Below are positions 46,101 through 55,250 of a stretch of DNA of 64,000 nucleotides, piece by piece. A program made the translations under genes and the position numbers. Within the stretch, counting starts at the first letter, position 1. Each line of letters starts with the position of its first letter. The stretch lies in assembly GCA_041664425.1 (NCBI GenBank), contig JBAYKU010000003.1, positions 3,373-67,372 on the forward strand. The letters run 5' to 3'. The notes below the pieces were generated by a model. It ran no database searches, was not told where the DNA came from, and saw only the letters and a list, made by a program, of their open reading frames with translations. This stretch comes from Minisyncoccota bacterium (lineage in GTDB: Bacteria; Patescibacteriota; Minisyncoccia; Phycocordibacterales; XYD1-FULL-46-19).

Positions 46101-46644
46101 AGACAGTGTCCATCTGGAAACTTGGCCAGAAGCAATATCGACCGATGAAAAATTGATTGATCTAATGAAAGAAGTGCGAAAAGTAGTAACTTTAGGTTTG
46201 GAGATGCGCATGTCAGCTGGGGTCAAGGTGCGTCAGCCTTTGCAGAGTATCGCTATTGCTGATAAAAAATTGTTGGGACAAAATGAATTATTGGAACTGG
46301 TCAAAGATGAATTGAATGTTAAAGAAGTTATTTTTGATCAGGCTTCAGGGGAGCCGGTCTGGTTGGAGACGAAGATAACCCCAGCTTTGCGTGAAGAGGG
46401 AATGGCTCGTGATTTTATTCGTCTGATTCAGGAAAAACGCAAACAAGAAAATTTGGTGCCGAGTGATCAGGCTGGTCTAAAGATTTTTGTTCGTCCTAGA
46501 AGCCAAGAAGTTTTTAAAAAGTTTATTGATGAAATCAAGCTGGTGGCCGGGTTGAGTGGGGTAGAATTTTTGTCTACTGAGCCAGGGACTGATCCAGATG
46601 GATCAGTCCAAGAAGAACCAGTTTGGTTGGATTTGGTTCGTTAG
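43126..46644 (+). CDS. ileS: isoleucyl-tRNA synthetase carrying a ~195-aa inserted histidine-phosphatase (PGAM-like) domain between the WGAPLP and DVFDCWFESG blocks
   Basis: HYGH (HIGH), CP1 editing domain, KMSKH (KMSKS); insert has RHG, SSDFVRTKET, GGENFNEVRRR, ITHG phosphatase motifs (nt ~44638-45225). Confidence 0.85.
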   Translation: MEENKDLVEKSALAKREEEILAGWQTKKVFEQSLNQKASKGEFVFYDGPPFATGLPHYGHLIGGTIKDVIPRYKTMQGYHVSRRWGWDCHGLPVENLIEKELDLKTKKEIEDYGIGNFNEKARESVMRYADEWKKIVPRLGRFVDMDNDYRTMDPSYTESIWWIFKNLYDQGLIYEGYKAMQICPRCETTLSNFEVNQGYKDITDISVFIKFELVDEPGTFVVAWTTTPWTLPGNVALAVGADLKYVVTSVEKNKYILLAERLEFLKNKLFADQEVVIEKEITGADLIGLPYEPVFDYYAKDETLKNHERGWRVYGADFVTTEDGTGVVHIAPAFGEDDMKLGQKENLPFVQHVAMNGTFKPEVGDGLAGLRVKPIENPQATDIEIIKILAVKGSLLAKEKIVHSYPHCWRCETPLLNYATSSWFVEVTKIKDKLVTENKKINWVPEHIKEGRFGKWLEGARDWAISRTRFWGAPLPVWRCEACQEKKVFGSLAELQAVMVPAKNNYWIMRHGEAESNLGDSISSDPLAPNHLIEKGKDKVKESAQKLKGEKIDLIISSDFVRTKETAEIMAEELGLTSDQIVFDERLREINPGSFTGKSWGDYNDAFGERINRLNGRLPGGGENFNEVRRRVMAVLYEFEQKYQGKKILVITHGLPAFMIQATVDHWDDRATTYRPYPKPSFEPGDVRAVNFAPIPHNNNYELDYHRPYIDDIEMSCACGGQMKRVPDVFDCWFESGSMPYGQNHYPFEKEKGGFDPTKQTSFPADFIAEGQDQTRGWFYTMLIIGTALFGQSPYKNVVVNGLVLAEDGQKMSKHLKNYPDPLDLVNKYSADVLRLYLMASPAVHAEDLNFSEKGVGEIQRKIISRLLNVVTFLETYGEVKGGEIKTPKTDDILDQWILSRLGQTIAKVEKEFEGYELDRAVWALDDFIDDLSNWYLRRSRDRFRGDNQTDREQANQTLLFVLSVTAKILAPLAPFSADDIYLRLTDGQAKDSVHLETWPEAISTDEKLIDLMKEVRKVVTLGLEMRMSAGVKVRQPLQSIAIADKKLLGQNELLELVKDELNVKEVIFDQASGEPVWLETKITPALREEGMARDFIRLIQEKRKQENLVPSDQAGLKIFVRPRSQEVFKKFIDEIKLVAGLSGVEFLSTEPGTDPDGSVQEEPVWLDLVR

Positions 46645-46648
46645 AAAA

Positions 46649-47239
46649 ATGTCTCATCGTCTATACCACACCGAAGCATTTGTTTTACAACATCGACCGA
46701 GGGGGGAAGATAGTAAACTGTTGTATTTATTTACAGCTGATTTTGGTTTGATTTTGGTGGTCGCTCAGGGGGTGAGAAAACTCGGTTCGAAAATGCGAGC
46801 CAATATCACCGACTACTCCTTTGGCGACTACTCGCTGGTTCGGGGGAGAGAATTTTGGCGGCTGGTTTCTGCTCAAAAGCGAAATGATTTTTCGGCGACT
46901 TTTTCTTCGCCTAAAAAAAGATTGATCGCTGGTAATGTTTTTCGGTTATTGATGGTGCTGACTGGGGAGGAGGAAAGCCAAGAAATTTTTGAAGATTTGA
47001 AACAAGCTTTTGGTTGGTTGAGTCAGATTGCTGAAGATGATAAATTGGTCTCAGTCATTGAGAGGATGCTAGTGCTCCGGCTACTGTCACATTTAGGCTA
47101 TCTCAAATCTGATCCAATTTGGCTTGGTTTGGTCGCGGGAGATTGGACGAGAGAAAAATTGGCCACTTTGATGGCCCCACCTCTCAATCGCGATTCGACT
47201 ATTTTTATAAACAAAATGCTCAGGGATCTGCATTGGTAG
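46649..47239 (+). CDS. recO: DNA repair protein RecO
   Basis: MSHRLYHTEAFVLQHRPRGEDSKLLYLFT OB-fold N-terminus typical of RecO. Confidence 0.7.
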   Translation: MSHRLYHTEAFVLQHRPRGEDSKLLYLFTADFGLILVVAQGVRKLGSKMRANITDYSFGDYSLVRGREFWRLVSAQKRNDFSATFSSPKKRLIAGNVFRLLMVLTGEEESQEIFEDLKQAFGWLSQIAEDDKLVSVIERMLVLRLLSHLGYLKSDPIWLGLVAGDWTREKLATLMAPPLNRDSTIFINKMLRDLHW

Positions 47240-47276
47240 AAGAGAAACGCCGGTAATGATATAATCGATAATAATT

Positions 47277-49205
47277 ATGGCCCTACCTGGTTCAGAAGAA
47301 ACAAACAGTTTAAACGAATTACAACGGAAACTTGATCAAGGCACCTTGACCAATGTTCGTTTGAAGCGTTCCAATTTACCTCGGGAGGAATCTGCTGAGG
47401 GTGATGGTTGGTCCCGAGATATTATTGATGACTATAGTGAGGAGGTGCAGTCTTCTTCGTGGCGTAAAATTAAGAATTTTTTAATTATTGCCACTGTTTT
47501 CTTTATTGTTTCTCTGGGGATTGCCTCCATTGTTATTTTGCGAGGTGGTAATTTGATTTCTAATGCCAATATTAATCTCGATGTTCGGGGACCGGTGAGT
47601 ATCAAATCTGGCGATATTTTGCATTTACAAGTGGGAGTGGTAAACCACAACAAGGTGTCTTTGGAATTGGCTAGAGTTTTGGTTGAGTATCCAGACGGCA
47701 CTCGCTCGGCCATAGATGCCACTCAGAATTTTATTCGCGGTAATTACAGTATTGGAATAATAAAAAAGGATGAAGTTATAAATCAGAGCTTTGATGCTCT
47801 GGTTTTTGGTGGTCAAGGCAACCAACAAAAAGTAAAAGTAACTTTGGAATATCGCTTGGCCGGATCGAATAATGTTTTTTCCAAAGAAAAAGATTTTATT
47901 TATTCTATTAGTGATGCACCCGTAACCATGGCAGTTGATTTGCCATCGGAAATGAACGCTGGTCGTGAATTTAATTTTACGATTGATTTGGTTTCTAACT
48001 CGCCAACAATTTTGTCTGACTTGATATTAGACGTTTCTTTCCCGCCAGGATTCCAATTTAAATCTTCAGATATTCCACCTGCTCCGGACGGTCACACCTG
48101 GCGTTTAGGTGATCTGGCCTCTGGTGCTAAGAAAAAAATCACAGTGACTGGCTTTTTATCTGGTCAAGAAAATGAAGCTAAAAGTTTCCGATTTGTTGTC
48201 GGTCCAGCCGAAGGTCGGGTTGGGACTCAGACCGCTTTTGCTTATGGTGATGTTTTAAAAAATCTGGTTATCCGCAATCCTTTTGTTGGAGCTGATTTGG
48301 TTATTAATAACGACTCCGGCTCCGAAATAGTGGCTTCGGCTGGTGATATCCTCAATGGTCAGATTAACTGGACCAACAATCTAGTGAGCAGTATCAGTAA
48401 TCTCCAAGTGGAATTAAAAATTGACGGCAATGTCATAAATCTTCGATCAATCAGAGCTGATAGAGGTTTTTATCGTTCCCAAGACAACAAAATCATCTGG
48501 AATAAAGATCTTGTCGCTGGTATGGAAACCATCACCCCTAACTCTAAAGGGGGAGTATCTTTTTCCTTCTCGGTTTTGCCACTCTCTTCTTTGCGTAGTA
48601 GTTCGGTTAGAAATCCGCAAACCAAACTAACTTTAGTTTTGACTGGTGAAAGACAAACGACCGGCAACCAGTCTGAAGTTGTCAGAACGGAAATAGAAAA
48701 AACCTTAAAAGTCTTATCTGTTCCTCAGCTCGCCACCCAATTGCTTTACAGTAATGGACCTTTTACCAATAGCGGACCGATAAATCCTAAAGTTAATGAG
48801 TCTTCTACTTATACTGTGACTTGGTCAGTAGCCAATCCTTATAGTGAGATCAAGGATGCGCGGGTGACTGCCAGCTTGCCAGTTTATGTCAATTGGCAAT
48901 CAACCATTTCTCCACAAGACGAAAAGTTGACCTACAATCAGGCCACCAGACAAATAACTTGGGACTTGGGAACTTTGCCGGCTGGTTTGGGTTTTGGTTC
49001 CAACCCGAGAGAAGTGTCATTCCAAATCGCTCTTACTCCAAGCTTGGGCCAAGTCGGGGAGACCCCAGTGGTGGTGACTGAGGCTGTTTTAACCGGCACG
49101 GATTCTTTTGCCAACACAGAGGCTCGTTTTAGCCGAGCCGCCTTGTCTACCCGCCATCTCAATGAACCAGGTAAAGTGTCCGGTGTTGGTGTGGTCAGTG
49201 AATAA
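47277..49205 (+). CDS. large membrane-anchored extracytoplasmic protein (N-in, one TM, beta-rich ectodomain), hypothetical
   Basis: TM FLIIATVFFIVSLGIASIVIL; repetitive beta-strand-rich sequence. Confidence 0.4.
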   Translation: MALPGSEETNSLNELQRKLDQGTLTNVRLKRSNLPREESAEGDGWSRDIIDDYSEEVQSSSWRKIKNFLIIATVFFIVSLGIASIVILRGGNLISNANINLDVRGPVSIKSGDILHLQVGVVNHNKVSLELARVLVEYPDGTRSAIDATQNFIRGNYSIGIIKKDEVINQSFDALVFGGQGNQQKVKVTLEYRLAGSNNVFSKEKDFIYSISDAPVTMAVDLPSEMNAGREFNFTIDLVSNSPTILSDLILDVSFPPGFQFKSSDIPPAPDGHTWRLGDLASGAKKKITVTGFLSGQENEAKSFRFVVGPAEGRVGTQTAFAYGDVLKNLVIRNPFVGADLVINNDSGSEIVASAGDILNGQINWTNNLVSSISNLQVELKIDGNVINLRSIRADRGFYRSQDNKIIWNKDLVAGMETITPNSKGGVSFSFSVLPLSSLRSSSVRNPQTKLTLVLTGERQTTGNQSEVVRTEIEKTLKVLSVPQLATQLLYSNGPFTNSGPINPKVNESSTYTVTWSVANPYSEIKDARVTASLPVYVNWQSTISPQDEKLTYNQATRQITWDLGTLPAGLGFGSNPREVSFQIALTPSLGQVGETPVVVTEAVLTGTDSFANTEARFSRAALSTRHLNEPGKVSGVGVVSE

Positions 49206-49268
49206 TCAAAATCTTTGGCAAAGATGATTAATTTTGCCAAGTAAGTAAAGCTATAGTATTATCTGCAT

Positions 49269-50354
49269 ATGAACGGCAACGATCGAATCAATTTAGTCAG
49301 TCTATCTTTCAATACTCTCTGGAAGGCGGTTTTGGTTTTCGGTATCGTTTTCTTTGTCTATTATTTGCGAGACGTTTTTCTGGTCTTACTAACCTCGATT
49401 GTTTTTGGTTCGGCGGTTCGACCATTTTCTAATTGGTTTGAGAAATTTAAAATTCCTCGCGTTTTTTCGGTTCTTTTGGTTTATATTATTGCCTTCTCTG
49501 TTGTCCTGGGAACTTTGTATTTTATTATTCCGCCGATTTTTGGAGACATGCTCGATATCGCTCAGACTTTGCCGGCCAAGATTAACTCCTTTATGCAGAC
49601 TAACTCGACTTGGAGCAGTGTGACTGATTTTTCGAACAGTTTTGTTAATGATTTTTCCATTAATGATCTGATGAATTCCAATGTCAGTTCCTATCTCCCA
49701 GCTATCCCTAAAAATGTCATGGAGTTAATCACTTTTCTCTTTAACGGTATTTTTAGCTTCGTTTTGATTATTATTATTTCTTTCTATATTGCTGTTCAGA
49801 AAAATGGTGTTGAGGAATTTTTACGTCTGGTTGTGCCTCTGCGAAGCGAAAATTATGTGATTGATCTCTGGCGAAGAGTTGAAAAGAAGATCGGTGGTTG
49901 GCTCCAAGGGCAGATTTTACTGGGTATTATTATTGGGCCACTCGTTTTTCTCGGTTTGACTTTGTTGGGAGTAAAATACGCTTTGATTTTAGCTATTTTG
50001 GCAGCCGTTTTTGAACTCATCCCATTTTTTGGGCCAGTGCTCTCGGCGGTGCCGGCAGTAATTTTTGCTTTTTCGACTGGGGTGCCGGTCGGTTTAATGA
50101 CAGTTGGTTTCTATGTTGTCGTCCAGCAATTTGAGAACCATCTGATTTATCCATTGGTCGTGCGCAAGATTATTGGCGTGCCACCCCTGATTGTGATTAT
50201 TTCTTTGGTTATTGGGGCCAAACTAGCTGGTTTTCTGGGTATAATTTTAGCAGTACCAGTGGCAACTTTGTTTATGGAGATGGCTAATGATATGGAAACT
50301 CGTAAGGGACTTTTCCGTCTTCAAAGTGCTCAGGCGGAAAAAAATGAAAACTAA
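49269..50354 (+). CDS. AI-2E family (PerM/UPF0118) transporter
   Basis: 8 TM topology and family-typical sequence. Confidence 0.7.
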   Translation: MNGNDRINLVSLSFNTLWKAVLVFGIVFFVYYLRDVFLVLLTSIVFGSAVRPFSNWFEKFKIPRVFSVLLVYIIAFSVVLGTLYFIIPPIFGDMLDIAQTLPAKINSFMQTNSTWSSVTDFSNSFVNDFSINDLMNSNVSSYLPAIPKNVMELITFLFNGIFSFVLIIIISFYIAVQKNGVEEFLRLVVPLRSENYVIDLWRRVEKKIGGWLQGQILLGIIIGPLVFLGLTLLGVKYALILAILAAVFELIPFFGPVLSAVPAVIFAFSTGVPVGLMTVGFYVVVQQFENHLIYPLVVRKIIGVPPLIVIISLVIGAKLAGFLGIILAVPVATLFMEMANDMETRKGLFRLQSAQAEKNEN

Positions 50355-51789
50355 TTCTTCTCGTTTTTATATCACAACCACTTTGCCTTATGTAAATGCT
50401 AAACCGCATCTTGGTTTTGCGATGGAAATTATTCGGGCTGATATTATTGCTCGCTATCACGGGGCGCTAGGGGAGGAAGTCTTTTTTAACACGGGCACCG
50501 ATGAACATGGTCAGAAGATTTATGATAAGGCTATTGAACTAGGGCAGACCCCTCAGGCCTATGTTGATGAACTAGCCGAGAAATTTCGCGATCTAATCAC
50601 ACCACTGGGTATTAGTTCTGATATTCATTTTATTCGGACGACTGATCAAAATCACATTGAAGCGGCTCAGGAATTTTGGCGTCAATGCGATCACAATGGC
50701 TTTATTTATAAGAAGAATTACCAGACCAAGTATTGTGTTGGTTGTGAATTGGAGAAAACTGACTCAGAACTCGTGGATGGCAAGTGCCCACTTCATTCCA
50801 ATTTAATTTTAGAAATTAGGGATGAGGAAAATTATTTTTTCAAATTTTCGGCTTTTGGTGATAAACTTCTGGCTTTCTATGAAGCGCGACCAGATTTTAT
50901 TTTTCCGGCTGAACGGGTCAATGAGATGAAAGCGTTGATTGAACGGGGTCTGCAAGACTTTAGTATTTCCCGGCTAGCGACGAAAATGTCGTGGGGTATT
51001 CCAGTGCCTGGCGATGAGACTCAGGTGATGTATGTCTGGTTTGATGCTCTAGTGAACTATGTCTCGGCTGTCGGCTGGCCTGATGACCAGGACAGTTTCA
51101 AAAAATGGTGGCTCGATAATGGTGGAGTGGTGCAATATTGTGGCAAGGACAATCTCCGTCAGCAGACAGCTATGTGGCAGGCGATGTTAATGGCCGCCGA
51201 TATTCCGAACTCTAAATGTGTCATTGTTGAAGGTTTTGTCACTAGTGGTGGTCAAAAGATGAGTAAGAGTGCCGGTAATGTCGTTGATCCGCTAGCAGTG
51301 GTAGAAAAATATGGCACTGATGCTCTGCGCTATTTTGTGGCGGGGGAATTGGCTATGTTTGAAGACAGTGATTTTACTTGGGAGCGTTTCCATGATGCTT
51401 ATAATTCCAAACTGGCCAATGGCCTGGGTAATCTCGTCAGTCGGGTGATGAAAATGTCGGAGAGTTATCTCCCTGAGCCGGTGACAGTGGGGGAAGTAGC
51501 TTTGCCTGATGAATTTAAAAAATGGTTAGACGTTTTTGATATTGGTCGGGCGACTGATTTGATTTGGCAAAAAATTACTGAGCTTGATCTTAAAATTCAA
51601 GCCACTCAACCCTTCAAATTAATTAAAGAAGCTCGCCCCGCGGCGGAAAAAATAGTGGCGGAGCTGGTGCAGGGAGTAGCCGAGATTGCCGAGATGTTAA
51701 GTTTTATCATGCCAGCCACCGCCGAAAAAATAAAAGTTTTGATTAAGGAAAACAAAATGCCGGAGCCGCTCTTTTTGCGTAAAAACTAA
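50344..51789 (+). CDS. metG: methionyl-tRNA synthetase (short form)
   Basis: PYVNAKPHLGFA (HIGH region), Zn knuckle CVGCE...CPLH, KMSKS. Confidence 0.85.
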   Translation: MKTNSSRFYITTTLPYVNAKPHLGFAMEIIRADIIARYHGALGEEVFFNTGTDEHGQKIYDKAIELGQTPQAYVDELAEKFRDLITPLGISSDIHFIRTTDQNHIEAAQEFWRQCDHNGFIYKKNYQTKYCVGCELEKTDSELVDGKCPLHSNLILEIRDEENYFFKFSAFGDKLLAFYEARPDFIFPAERVNEMKALIERGLQDFSISRLATKMSWGIPVPGDETQVMYVWFDALVNYVSAVGWPDDQDSFKKWWLDNGGVVQYCGKDNLRQQTAMWQAMLMAADIPNSKCVIVEGFVTSGGQKMSKSAGNVVDPLAVVEKYGTDALRYFVAGELAMFEDSDFTWERFHDAYNSKLANGLGNLVSRVMKMSESYLPEPVTVGEVALPDEFKKWLDVFDIGRATDLIWQKITELDLKIQATQPFKLIKEARPAAEKIVAELVQGVAEIAEMLSFIMPATAEKIKVLIKENKMPEPLFLRKN

Positions 51790-51790
51790 A

Positions 51791-52639
51791 ATGATTCCCA
51801 AATATTTTGACGCGCATACTCATCTTAATATTCAATTTGATACAGACTGGCAGAAGACAGGGCAGAGAGCTCTGGATGCTGGCGTGGCTTTTGTGAATGT
51901 GGGCGCGGATGTGGAGCGGTCGAAATTGGCCGTGGAACAGGCCAAGTATTTTGGTGCCAATGGGTATGCCACGGTTGGTATTCATCCGACCGAGGATGGC
52001 GCCGATTTTGCGACAATAGAAAAACTGGCCGAGGAGGATTGCGTTGTAGCGATTGGAGAGTGTGGATTGGAACTAATGGAAAATGAAAAAAATACCCACC
52101 AAAATTTTTCTGCGAAAAACTTAAGTGGGCAAGAAACACAAAATGACAATGAAAAATTAAAAAGTTTTGAATATAATAAAAAAATACAGGAGGAGTTGTT
52201 TAGAAGGCATATTGAGTTGGCACTAAAATTGGATAAACCGCTGATGATTCACTGTCGCGAAGCCTACGAAGATACTTGGGAAATTTTAAATGAATATCGG
52301 CAAAAAGTGGGGGAGAAGCTAAAATTCAACATGCATTTCTTCGCTGGGGATTGGGCTATTGCCCAAAAGTTCCTGGCTTTGGGTGGTTACCTATCCTTTA
52401 CTGGCGTGATCACTTTTACCGACCAATATGACGAAGTGATCAAAAAAATGCCCCTCGATCGGCTGATGGCCGAGACTGACGCCCCCTTTGTTGCTCCTGT
52501 GCCGTACCGAGGGAAGCGCAATGAGCCAGCCTATGTGGTTCTAGTGGCCGACAGGATTGCCGAATTGCGTTCAGAGTCACGGGAGGAGGTTTTAGAGGCT
52601 CTGATCGGTAATACTAGGCGGTTTTTTGGAATAAATTAA
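51791..52639 (+). CDS. TatD family hydrolase (with ~45-aa low-complexity insertion)
   Basis: FDAHTHL start, CRE..., DAP metal-binding motifs. Confidence 0.75.
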   Translation: MIPKYFDAHTHLNIQFDTDWQKTGQRALDAGVAFVNVGADVERSKLAVEQAKYFGANGYATVGIHPTEDGADFATIEKLAEEDCVVAIGECGLELMENEKNTHQNFSAKNLSGQETQNDNEKLKSFEYNKKIQEELFRRHIELALKLDKPLMIHCREAYEDTWEILNEYRQKVGEKLKFNMHFFAGDWAIAQKFLALGGYLSFTGVITFTDQYDEVIKKMPLDRLMAETDAPFVAPVPYRGKRNEPAYVVLVADRIAELRSESREEVLEALIGNTRRFFGIN

Positions 52640-52766
52640 AAAAAGAAGGGGTTTTGACCCGGTAGTAGATTTTGGCGTTGCTCTGTAAGAGCGTTTGCCT
52701 TTAGCAAACGACGCCAAAATTCACTACTGGGTTGACCTTTTCTGCTCGTATGCTAGGATTATGCCC

Positions 52767-53276
52767 ATGGAAACACAGGAAATTATTGCTGGTCAACCCG
52801 CTAATCTTTATGAGATTGGCTATTTATTGAATCCTTTAATCCCAGCCGAAGGAGTCTCTGCTGAAGCTGATAAGGCTTTGCGTACCCCGATCGAGGCTTT
52901 GGGTGGGGAAGTCACTAGTCAGTTGATGCCATTTATGCGTCCGTTGGCCTATGCTGTTAGTAAATCTATCGGCAGCAAGCGCAGTTCATACAAAGATGCT
53001 TATTTTGGCGCCCTACGCTTTGAACTTACCTCTGATAAAATTGCCGATCTGAAAGATGCTCTCGATAAAAGTGAGATGATTCTACGTTTTCTTTTAATTC
53101 GTTTACCTAAAAATGCCGAAAGAGTAATTAATTTTACTTACCGTAAACCCGCTTCCCGTCACGAAGGTTCTGCCGACCGTCCTGTCGCTAAAGAAGCTGA
53201 AGCTATCGAAAAGGTAGAAATTAATGAAGAACAAATCGATAAAGAAATCGAAGATTTGTTAGTCACAGCCGAATAA
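52767..53276 (+). CDS. rpsF: 30S ribosomal protein S6 (with C-terminal extension)
   Basis: YEIGYLLNP...LAY...; rpsF-ssb-rpsR order. Confidence 0.7.
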   Translation: METQEIIAGQPANLYEIGYLLNPLIPAEGVSAEADKALRTPIEALGGEVTSQLMPFMRPLAYAVSKSIGSKRSSYKDAYFGALRFELTSDKIADLKDALDKSEMILRFLLIRLPKNAERVINFTYRKPASRHEGSADRPVAKEAEAIEKVEINEEQIDKEIEDLLVTAE

Positions 53277-53279
53277 ACA

Positions 53280-53738
53280 ATGTATCTAAACAAGGCGATA
53301 ATTTATGGTAACTTGACTCGCGACCCAGAGCGCCGAGCTTTGCCATCTGGCGCTTCGGTAGTCAATTTTTCTGTTGCTACTTCTCGAGTTTGGAAGGATA
53401 AGAGTGGTGCTCGTCAGGAAGATACTCAATTCCACAATATTGTCGCTTTCGCTCAGTTAGCTGATCTGATTTCCCAATATTTACGCAAAGGTTCCGGTGT
53501 CTTAGTAGAGGGTAGAATGCAGACCCGAAGCTGGGATAGCCCTGAGGGCAAAAAATACCGCACCGAAATCGTAGCGGATGCCATCCAGTTTGGCCCTAAG
53601 CGTGACGGTGCTCCAGCTCCTGCTGATTATGGCAAGGCTGATAGCAAGGGGAGTCAGGTAAATGAACAGCCAAGTCAGCCGGTCGACACGATTCAGTATC
53701 CCGAAGAGGATATTAATCCAGACGACATTCCATTTTAG
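53280..53738 (+). CDS. ssb: single-stranded DNA-binding protein
   Basis: OB fold NKAIIYGNLTRDPE..., acidic C-terminal tail ending DDIPF. Confidence 0.9.
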   Translation: MYLNKAIIYGNLTRDPERRALPSGASVVNFSVATSRVWKDKSGARQEDTQFHNIVAFAQLADLISQYLRKGSGVLVEGRMQTRSWDSPEGKKYRTEIVADAIQFGPKRDGAPAPADYGKADSKGSQVNEQPSQPVDTIQYPEEDINPDDIPF

Positions 53739-53758
53739 AAAAAATAAATTTAAATTTT

Positions 53759-53959
53759 ATGAAGCAATGCCATTTTTGTACTAATAATGCTAAGGATATC
53801 GACTATAAGGATACTGAAGCCTTGAAAGGTTTCCTCGATTCTCATGCTCGTATCGTTAAGCATCGCCGAACCTCTGTTTGTTCTCTTCATCAGCGCAAGC
53901 TTACCGAAGCCATCAAACACGCTCGTTTCCTAGCCCTCTTGCCATTCTCAGTCGGTTAA
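53759..53959 (+). CDS. rpsR: 30S ribosomal protein S18
   Basis: CHFCTNNAKDIDYKDTEALKGFL... Confidence 0.85.
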   Translation: MKQCHFCTNNAKDIDYKDTEALKGFLDSHARIVKHRRTSVCSLHQRKLTEAIKHARFLALLPFSVG

Positions 53960-54595
53960 AAAAGACCACAAAAATCCCGCCCTATCTCAAGGCGGGATTT
54001 TTGTTGACAGAAAAGATATTTTCTGTTAGTAATAGACGAGCGAACGGCTACCTCGTGTAGCGTCGCGTCCTGAGGTGAATCCGTCGTCCCCCCGCGACGT
54101 CACCTCAGGACCTCCCTAAAACCACCTTTGATTATCTTCGGCTACCTGCCGACAGTTATAGTCAGCAAGGTGGTTCTTTTTTTGTTGAAAAATAGGGGAG
54201 CTGAGATATCCACAGGCCTCTTGACGACTTTTATGGATTTGTTAAACTAAGATCAGATCAGTTCGTTGTGTGGTTTAGACAAAGAGCTTTCGCATAAGCA
54301 GATTGTGATCGTGGACCCCAGATCCATGATTAACGAACGTGTGACCGTCGCCATTACATTCCATCGCCGAGTGCGACGAATGTCATACAAAAACCAATCT
54401 CGCATCCTCCTGTGCTATAGGATGTCATCTGGATTGAGCTCTCGACTAATTGTCTCACCACACCCCGTTTTCCCCGCCTCGTACTGGCCTCGTGTGCAGT
54501 ACCTGGCGGTTTCTTTTTGCCAGAAATTTTTCCAATTAAAATTCCCCCGAGCCGACTAGTGTCGGCTCGGGGGAATTTTCTGCGTTAATCCGCGT

Positions 54596-55156
54596 CTACA
54601 CTCGCTCTGTATATTCGCCTGACTCAGTATTGATTCTAATTATATCTCCAGCATTGATGAACATTGGGGTATTGATAGTGGCACCAGTTTCTAGGGTGAC
54701 CAACTTAACTCCGCCCTGAACGGTATTACCTTTGACTGCTGGGGGAGCGTCTTTGACTTTGAGCTCCACTTTGATAGGTATTTTTACACCGAGAGTGCGA
54801 TCACCAAAAGACAAGACATCAACAATCGAGTTGGCTTTAACAAATTTGATTTGATCACCGACGGTCTCATGAGGAAAGGAAAAACGCTTACTAGGATCTT
54901 TTTCTTCACAGAACCAGTATTCATTGCGGTTCTCGTAGAGGTATTTGACCTTGCGAGTTTCAATTTCGGCTTCCTCTACCTTTTCACTTTGATGAAAAGA
55001 AATTTCCATCACTTTGCCAGTAAAAAGATTCTTTAATTTGGTAGCGTTGACTGGCTTGCGTTGTTGTTTGCGGAAGACGTGAGAATCGAGGACTTCAAAA
55101 GGCTCGCCTTCATAGACGATAAACTTGCGCGGTTTGATTTCGTTGTATTCAAGCAT
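54596..55156 (-). CDS. efp: elongation factor P
   Basis: three-domain EF-P, KPGKG-like loop region. Confidence 0.85.
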   Translation of the reverse strand: MLEYNEIKPRKFIVYEGEPFEVLDSHVFRKQQRKPVNATKLKNLFTGKVMEISFHQSEKVEEAEIETRKVKYLYENRNEYWFCEEKDPSKRFSFPHETVGDQIKFVKANSIVDVLSFGDRTLGVKIPIKVELKVKDAPPAVKGNTVQGGVKLVTLETGATINTPMFINAGDIIRINTESGEYTERV

Positions 55157-55250
55157 GATAGATTTCTTAAGGGCTAAAGATATTGCAGTCTAACCCGATT
55201 TATTCACAAATTCAACCCCGCCCTCTCGGAGAGAGGGCGGGGTTGAATTT

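Noticed and set aside
54266-54559. 97-aa ORF between rpsR and efp
   Set aside because: It has no RBS and sits in a hairpin-dense GC-rich region that looks like RNA, so I report it as an ncRNA candidate instead.
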